Source of the DNA: Nitrosopumilus sp.
GTDB taxonomy: Archaea > Thermoproteota > Nitrososphaeria > Nitrososphaerales > Nitrosopumilaceae
NCBI GenBank assembly: GCA_965205215.1
Contig: OZ242041.1
Location: 1,952,001 to 2,016,000 of the forward strand
DNA: 64,000 bases
Direction: 5' to 3'
Both the position numbers and the translations under genes were made by a program. Under the pieces are notes generated by a model that was not told where the DNA came from, searched no databases, and saw only the letters and a list, made by a program, of their open reading frames with translations. Shown piece by piece: positions 58,567 through 64,000 of this stretch. Positions within the stretch are counted from its first letter, which is position 1. The number at the start of each line of letters is the position of its first letter.

Positions 58567-59685
58567 TCACCCCAGGGATGCAATGGACTTTTCCAGCACG
58601 GGGTATGGATCCTCCATCGACCGTACAAGTTCCGCGGCCCTTTTGGCGTACACGCTCCGGGGGGTACCAAGCATCCTCTTTGCGAGTTTGACGGCCATGC
58701 CGGGATCCGATGTACGGTGCAGCGCCCCCTTGCGCGCCAAGAACCGCTCGCCCCAGTTGGGCACGGCGCCAGTCGATATCGTGGGCACCCCCAGCAGTGC
58801 GGACTCGGACGTCATGGTGCCGCCCGAGCCCACGAACAGATCGGTGTTCTCCAGCAGGGAACGGCCGTCATACGACTTGGTCAGGACTGTCACCCTGTCT
58901 CCAAACTCCTTTTGCAGTCCTCTTATCTGATCCGCATACCTTGCAAGCACCACGATTCTGGCGCCCCCCAGCCGATCCGCAAAGGCCCCGAGCATCTGCC
59001 GCATGTTGTCGTCGCCCTTCCTTATGTACGCGGACTGCTCCTCGGCCATCCTAAACAGGATTATCTTGCCCGGGCTTGCCCCCTTGCCGCCGTCCCTGCT
59101 GTAACGGGAGAACGGCGCCGCGCCGCGCGAAGCGGCGGGCGCATGCTGCGATATGATGTAGGCCGCATCAAAGGCCCTGTACGTCATTATCTGGCCTGCC
59201 CCAATCCCGTACCTGACAAATGCGGACTTTGGTATGTACGAGGGTATGAGCAGCCGCTGCACGAGCGGAACGACAAGCCTCATCTGTGGTATGATGTGCG
59301 GCGAGTCAAAGAAGGCCACGTGGTTTATTCCAAGGCCGTACGAGACACGCGCGGCCTCGGGCGAGCAGAAGCTTATTGCAAGGTCCACGCCTCCCGTACG
59401 CCCCTCAACAAAGCGCTGCAGGCGCGCCACGCGCGAGGTACTGGCCCGCAGCTTTTCGGCCCTGTCGCCCCCACCGTGCCGCCCGACAATCGCGAGGTCG
59501 ACGTCGTGTATCCTGGCAAGGTTTTCCAGCTCCCTGTATTTGCGGCCGGTACAGACCACCTCGTGCTTCCGGGCCAATCTCCTTGCCATGGGCGTAAAGA
59601 ACAGTATCTCCTTCGGGGTCAGTATGTCAAACCAGATCTTCAACGGGCTTGGTTCGGAGCACCTACTAATAATGCAATGCAACAC
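58567..59685 (-). CDS. DUF354-family GT-B fold protein
   Basis: KIWFDILTPK, SPEAARVSYGLG, DSPH and GGTMTSESALLGVP motifs. Start uncertain. Confidence 0.85.
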   Translation of the reverse strand: MLHCIISRCSEPSPLKIWFDILTPKEILFFTPMARRLARKHEVVCTGRKYRELENLARIHDVDLAIVGRHGGGDRAEKLRASTSRVARLQRFVEGRTGGVDLAISFCSPEAARVSYGLGINHVAFFDSPHIIPQMRLVVPLVQRLLIPSYIPKSAFVRYGIGAGQIMTYRAFDAAYIISQHAPAASRGAAPFSRYSRDGGKGASPGKIILFRMAEEQSAYIRKGDDNMRQMLGAFADRLGGARIVVLARYADQIRGLQKEFGDRVTVLTKSYDGRSLLENTDLFVGSGGTMTSESALLGVPTISTGAVPNWGERFLARKGALHRTSDPGMAVKLAKRMLGTPRSVYAKRAAELVRSMEDPYPVLEKSIASLG

Positions 59686-59978
59686 GGCCGGAAGATCCTC
59701 CGGCCCTCATCGCCACTGCCGCAGTCATCACCATCATCACCGGCAACAGCAATAGCGACTATGTCGGCAGCATGCCACCAGACAGGCGCGTACAAGCAAG
59801 GCCGGGTACCGGTGGAACAAAACAGTATTTTGCGGCAACTTCTGCTTATCCGAAGATTTCACGGGTTGCGCCACCGATCCTTTACCAGGACAAGCAAGGT
59901 GCAAGCTACGATGCCTGCAAGTCCCGTACAATGGAGTCATTCCGCGGCCATACGCGCGATGCGGTAGCAGTCCCCCCG

Positions 59979-60917
59979 TTATTTCAGGTCCAGATAGACC
60001 GGGACGCCCCTCCTGGCCGACAGGAGTGCGGATTCGGCTATCTTTGTCACGTTGATTGCGTGCTGTGGCTTTACCCGAAGCTCTGCCTCCCCCCTGACCG
60101 CGTCAATAAAGTTCCGCATCTCCAGCAGCAGTGGTTCCTGCGCCTCTCTTTCCACGACCGACACGCCGTCGTTCTTCTCCACCTTGATCTCCTGCGTGAT
60201 AAAGTCAGAGGAGATTACCGCCTCGGTGCAGACGGCGCCAAACCTCCGCACCTTTACCGGCGTCAGCCAGTTGGAGAGTATCATTGCGACCCTGTTGTCG
60301 TCGAACCCCAGCATGATGGAGGAAAAGTCCTCATGCTCGTGCTTTATGCGCCCCGCGCTCGCAAACACCACGTTGGGCGTACTGTCAAACAGCCACAGGG
60401 CCGTGTCGATGTCGTGCACCGCGGTATCATAAATGATTCCCACGTCCTTTATGTGGAGGGGCATGCGGTTCTCCCTGTGGAACTCCAGCATCACGAGATC
60501 CCCGTACTTTTTTGAGCTGACAAAGTCCTTGACCACATCCACGGCGGGATTGAACCGCTCTATGTATCCGCATGTCAGCAGGACGCCGTTTCTGTCGGCC
60601 AGCTCGCGCAAGTTCTCCCCGTCCCTAGAGTCATACGTCAGCGGCTTTTCGACAAACACGTGCTTTTTGCGGTTCAGCAGCTTCGTGGCGATGTCCGCAT
60701 GGGTATTCGTGGGCGTGCAGACGAGCGCCGCATCAAACTCCTCACCGTCCAGCAGTCCGTCTACCGAGTCATAGCCGCGTACCGAGTACTGCTGCGAGAA
60801 CTTTCTGCAGCGCTCGGCATCGGTGTCGCATACGGCGCAGAGGGCCCCTAGACGCGAGAGGACGCGCGCGTGGTTCCTGCCCCAACCTCCCGTGCCTATC
60901 TGTGCGACGCGTACCAT
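59979..60917 (-). CDS. Gfo/Idh/MocA oxidoreductase (WbpB-like)
   Basis: IGTGGWG, VEKP, ERFNP and DTAVHDID motifs; ATG 60917 assumed. Confidence 0.92.
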   Translation of the reverse strand: MVRVAQIGTGGWGRNHARVLSRLGALCAVCDTDAERCRKFSQQYSVRGYDSVDGLLDGEEFDAALVCTPTNTHADIATKLLNRKKHVFVEKPLTYDSRDGENLRELADRNGVLLTCGYIERFNPAVDVVKDFVSSKKYGDLVMLEFHRENRMPLHIKDVGIIYDTAVHDIDTALWLFDSTPNVVFASAGRIKHEHEDFSSIMLGFDDNRVAMILSNWLTPVKVRRFGAVCTEAVISSDFITQEIKVEKNDGVSVVEREAQEPLLLEMRNFIDAVRGEAELRVKPQHAINVTKIAESALLSARRGVPVYLDLK

Positions 60918-61218
60918 CTGCGAATACACCTCCGCATCCCACTTAAAACTTGACCTCGCCCAGCAAATGTGGAATTCAAAAACAAGTTCCCCACACCCCC
61001 CCCCCCCTCCCAGCTTGCATCGCATTGCCCTCCACAACGGCATTGTATGAACATTAAAGTACTTCAGAAGCTCGATCTGGTACAATTCAAGAACATCCGC
61101 TCGTCCAGACGCACTCAGGCACGCGCCAAATCCGCATCAACCGCGTTTTCTAGAGTCCCAGAAGGTCGGCATGTTAGTACACCACTTTATTATTTCCCTT
61201 GTCAGCAAAACGGCCTAG

Positions 61219-62223
61219 ATGAAAACAGCAGCAGTTCGCGTGGAACAGAATCCGGCACCAAAGTCCGTACTGCACGTAGGCGAAGCGGCGGCAGTTGCCA
61301 GTGTCCTGGCAAAGTTTCAGCGCAAGCTGGGCATGAAAGCAGACGTAATGTCGCTGCAAGAAGAAGATCCGTATGGGTATGTGAGGTTTTACGGTTGCGG
61401 CATAGAAGTCAGACAACCAAAGCTACACCGCATGCTTTCTGCTGCCATCCACAAATGGCGGTACCGCGCTGCGAGAGAGAGGAAAATGAAAGCAAATGTT
61501 GAGCCCCGGAAGGATCTAACGCCGTACGAGGTAACCGAAAACAGATTATTGTTCAGGATGGGATTGCAGCGCCGCTGGTACTTGCAACAAATAATAGATA
61601 GTGCCGAACCATACGATATAATCCACCTGCATTTTTACCCGCAGTTTGCGCCACACATAAGATCAAGGTTTCCAAGAAAAAACATAGTAATACACCACCA
61701 TGGCACGGCGCTCAGAAATGCCACCCCCACCTATCGCAGAATCCAGAAAGAATATGAAAAGTCAGCAGACTTGGTACTTGTGTCGACTGAGGACCTATTA
61801 CATTATCTAGATGGCGCCGACGGAACTCACCTGCCAAATCCGTGCGATACAGACGTGTTTTATCCGTCAGAGACACCTCTAAAACATGAAAAAATGCTAC
61901 GTATCAAAAACCCGCACGTCTCAGACGTATGGGCCGATTCAGCGTACAAAAAACTGAATCTAGGCTTGCCGTATACCGTACTAGATCGGAACATACAGTA
62001 TGGCAATATGCGCAACACACTATGTAACTATACGCACTATATCGACTGGACGCCGGCATACATTGAACGGCATAATCATTCCACACTCGGATTGCAGGCA
62101 CTGGCATGCGGGCTCACGGTTTTAGGGATAGATTTTAAAATGCATTCGGGAGGATTGCCACCCGAGCACCAGCCTCATAATGTGGTAACACAATTAAACA
62201 AATTATATGAATTCCCTAATTAG
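61219..62223 (+). CDS. Glycosyltransferase-like protein (GT-B)
   Basis: YDIIHLH, HHHGT, VSTEDL, LPNPCDT and LQALACG motifs; AT-rich. Confidence 0.75.
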   Translation: MKTAAVRVEQNPAPKSVLHVGEAAAVASVLAKFQRKLGMKADVMSLQEEDPYGYVRFYGCGIEVRQPKLHRMLSAAIHKWRYRAARERKMKANVEPRKDLTPYEVTENRLLFRMGLQRRWYLQQIIDSAEPYDIIHLHFYPQFAPHIRSRFPRKNIVIHHHGTALRNATPTYRRIQKEYEKSADLVLVSTEDLLHYLDGADGTHLPNPCDTDVFYPSETPLKHEKMLRIKNPHVSDVWADSAYKKLNLGLPYTVLDRNIQYGNMRNTLCNYTHYIDWTPAYIERHNHSTLGLQALACGLTVLGIDFKMHSGGLPPEHQPHNVVTQLNKLYEFPN

Positions 62224-63255
62224 AGAGACAAGGCGGTCAGCCGCCACGTCATTGCTGAAATTCTCCAGGGCGTACTTACGCCCCATGTCGGCTATGCCGG
62301 CATACGAGTCTGGATTGTCAAGGAACTTTTCGAACTTTTCGCGACAGTTGTGCTCGTCTATTGCGACGCAGTTGATACCATCGCGAAATCCCAGATAATC
62401 GCCGTAATTACGATCGGTGATCTCCATAAAGGCAAGACAGCCGGCGGCCGCGATCTCCCAGTATTTGATGGTAGGGTAAAACGTGGTAGCCGCAATCGCT
62501 CCGCAGTAATTGGACAACAATTGCTCATACGGTAGGTCGCGTGCGAAGTTTGTTTGATCGGTGACATACGGCAGTAACTTGCAGTCCGTCCTTAACTTGT
62601 AGAAATGATACTGTGTGTGATGCGGGTATCTCAACTTCCTATACATGGAAATATTTGGCTCTGTTAATCGGAGAGCCCATATCAGCTGGCGCTTTATCGA
62701 ATATCTCATGCTGCGTGACAGCCACTTCAAGTATGGCATTCTGTCTGCGAGCGGGTCAACGTCGTCTGCGGCGCCGCTGACCAGTATCTGCTCCTTGATA
62801 CGCTGATCATACGGCTTTGGTGCTTTGTACAGAGACGGTTCAACACCGAAGAATATAGTCTTGTAATTCATATGAGTAGGATACCAGTCGTAAAAATACT
62901 TCGCGGATATAAAGCTGAATAAACAGTCGACCCCCCACTCATCATAATTTTTGGCGCCCGTGCCATATCTCTTTGAATCATGAGGATCTCCAATCCTTGC
63001 CAGCACAGGCACACCCAGTGATTTTAGGCCGGTGATTTTCGGTATGTTGTAGTTGCGTATGGCAGCTAGAACTATTGCATCCGTCTTCCCCCTCAGACTA
63101 GTGGCATCAAACTCCTCGGATATTGGAAGCCGGGTGTATTCTACATCTGGATGTTCTGATAGGGCCCGTACCAAAAAGTTGTAGTTAGTAGTGTCAAAGT
63201 GTTTTCCACTATAAAACACATCGTTGCCGTGATGTATGAATGTGATTCTCATCAC
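62203..63255 (-). CDS. Glycosyltransferase-like protein (CgeB/Glyco_trans_1_2-like)
   Basis: KYWEIAAAGC, GFRDGINCV and IADMGRKY motifs; AT-rich. Confidence 0.78.
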   Translation of the reverse strand: MMRITFIHHGNDVFYSGKHFDTTNYNFLVRALSEHPDVEYTRLPISEEFDATSLRGKTDAIVLAAIRNYNIPKITGLKSLGVPVLARIGDPHDSKRYGTGAKNYDEWGVDCLFSFISAKYFYDWYPTHMNYKTIFFGVEPSLYKAPKPYDQRIKEQILVSGAADDVDPLADRMPYLKWLSRSMRYSIKRQLIWALRLTEPNISMYRKLRYPHHTQYHFYKLRTDCKLLPYVTDQTNFARDLPYEQLLSNYCGAIAATTFYPTIKYWEIAAAGCLAFMEITDRNYGDYLGFRDGINCVAIDEHNCREKFEKFLDNPDSYAGIADMGRKYALENFSNDVAADRLVSLIREFI

Positions 63256-63379
63256 GTCTGATTCGTTTTATGGCATATATCAATTAAATCAAAAGAGGAG
63301 TCAACGCAAATGTAGCACGAGTGGGGCCCCCAACAGACTTGGAGAGAATTTCAGCTCAAAGGTGGGATCCGTGACAATA

Positions 63380-64000
63380 GTGCCGATCATTGAAAATTTC
63401 GCCTCACATGCAGCGGTACAAGAATTTGTAGATGCTGAGTCTGATCGGGCATGTCCTGAAGTATTCTGACACCGCATGAGCCAACTCTTCCAGCGTCTCA
63501 TAGTGTTCGGAAGTGACGAGCCTGTACTTTGCGTCCTTCCATATGGCCTCTATCATGCTCAGCTCCGGCGTCGCGGTAGGCAGGTACAGAACCTCTATGC
63601 CGTCGTGTTCTTCCAGGTACTCCCTGACCGCCCGGGTCTTGTGCTGGCTTGCGTTATCCATTATCAGGAGGGCCTTACCCCATTTGCGGCGCACTTTCTC
63701 GAGGTATTTTACGAACGTCAGGCCGTCGAATTTTTCGTACTGCCGCATGAGCCTGGTCCCGTCTTCGGCCAGGGCGCCGTACACGACGGTTCTGTCCCTC
63801 CTGCCATACCTGGTGACGGCCACCGGATCTCCGACACGCGACCACAGCTTCCTCCCGTTCGTCCCACGTCCTGAGAAATATCGACTCGTCCTGCACCACG
63901 ATGATAAATCCGCGCCTTTTTGTTCCCGATATCATATCTGCGGCGTCGGTCTGCCATCTTTTTATCGCGTCGGCGTCGGCCGCCGAGGCGTACCTGGTGG
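63380..64000 (-). mobile_element. IS630-family element with a frameshifted transposase, running off the window
   Basis: QDES lies in one frame, MDNASQHK and PELSMIEAIW in another. Removing one base near 63866 restores LRTGTNGRKLWSRVG. TA at 63378-63379 next to the putative end fits the IS630 TA target. Confidence 0.88.

Noticed and set aside
55001-59685. Lipid A biosynthesis
   Set aside because: No LpxC, LpxD, LpxK or KdtA; the context is archaeal N-glycosylation.

Overview
High-GC archaeal DNA whose gene content fits an ammonia-oxidising archaeon (Nitrosopumilaceae, possibly a Cenarchaeum-like host-associated lineage; this is inference). It has three blocks. (1) 1-21.3 kb: a minus-strand operon of three giant repeat-built surface proteins (DUF285/BspA-like LRR, PKD-like, FN3 and FG-GAP repeats). 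Upstream is a 130-bp segment bracketed by two exact inverted copies of an 18-bp near-palindrome, and a G12 tract separates genes 2 and 3. (2) About 21.5-50.2 kb: a mosaic integrative island with three tyrosine recombinases (two are near-duplicates, one lacks the first catalytic Arg). It carries a TFB-like/ParB-like/wHTH/prepilin-peptidase operon, a VirB4-like ATPase with pilin-like and PrgI-like genes, two tandem structured ncRNA candidates each with its own TATA box, and cargo (HEPN-like, AlbA_2, divergent SAH hydrolase-cupin plus methyltransferase, HicB/HicA-like, DprA). (3) 50.3-64 kb: an N-glycosylation and sugar-nucleotide cluster (AglB, epimerase, LpxA-like acyltransferase, glycosyltransferases, DegT, DUF354, Gfo/Idh/MocA) ending in a frameshifted IS630. 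The best novelty candidates are a possible invertible-promoter plus homopolymer phase-variation system for the giant adhesins, the tandem covarying small RNAs, and the TFB-carrying pilin/VirB4 element. All family calls are by-eye motif recognition; no searches were run.
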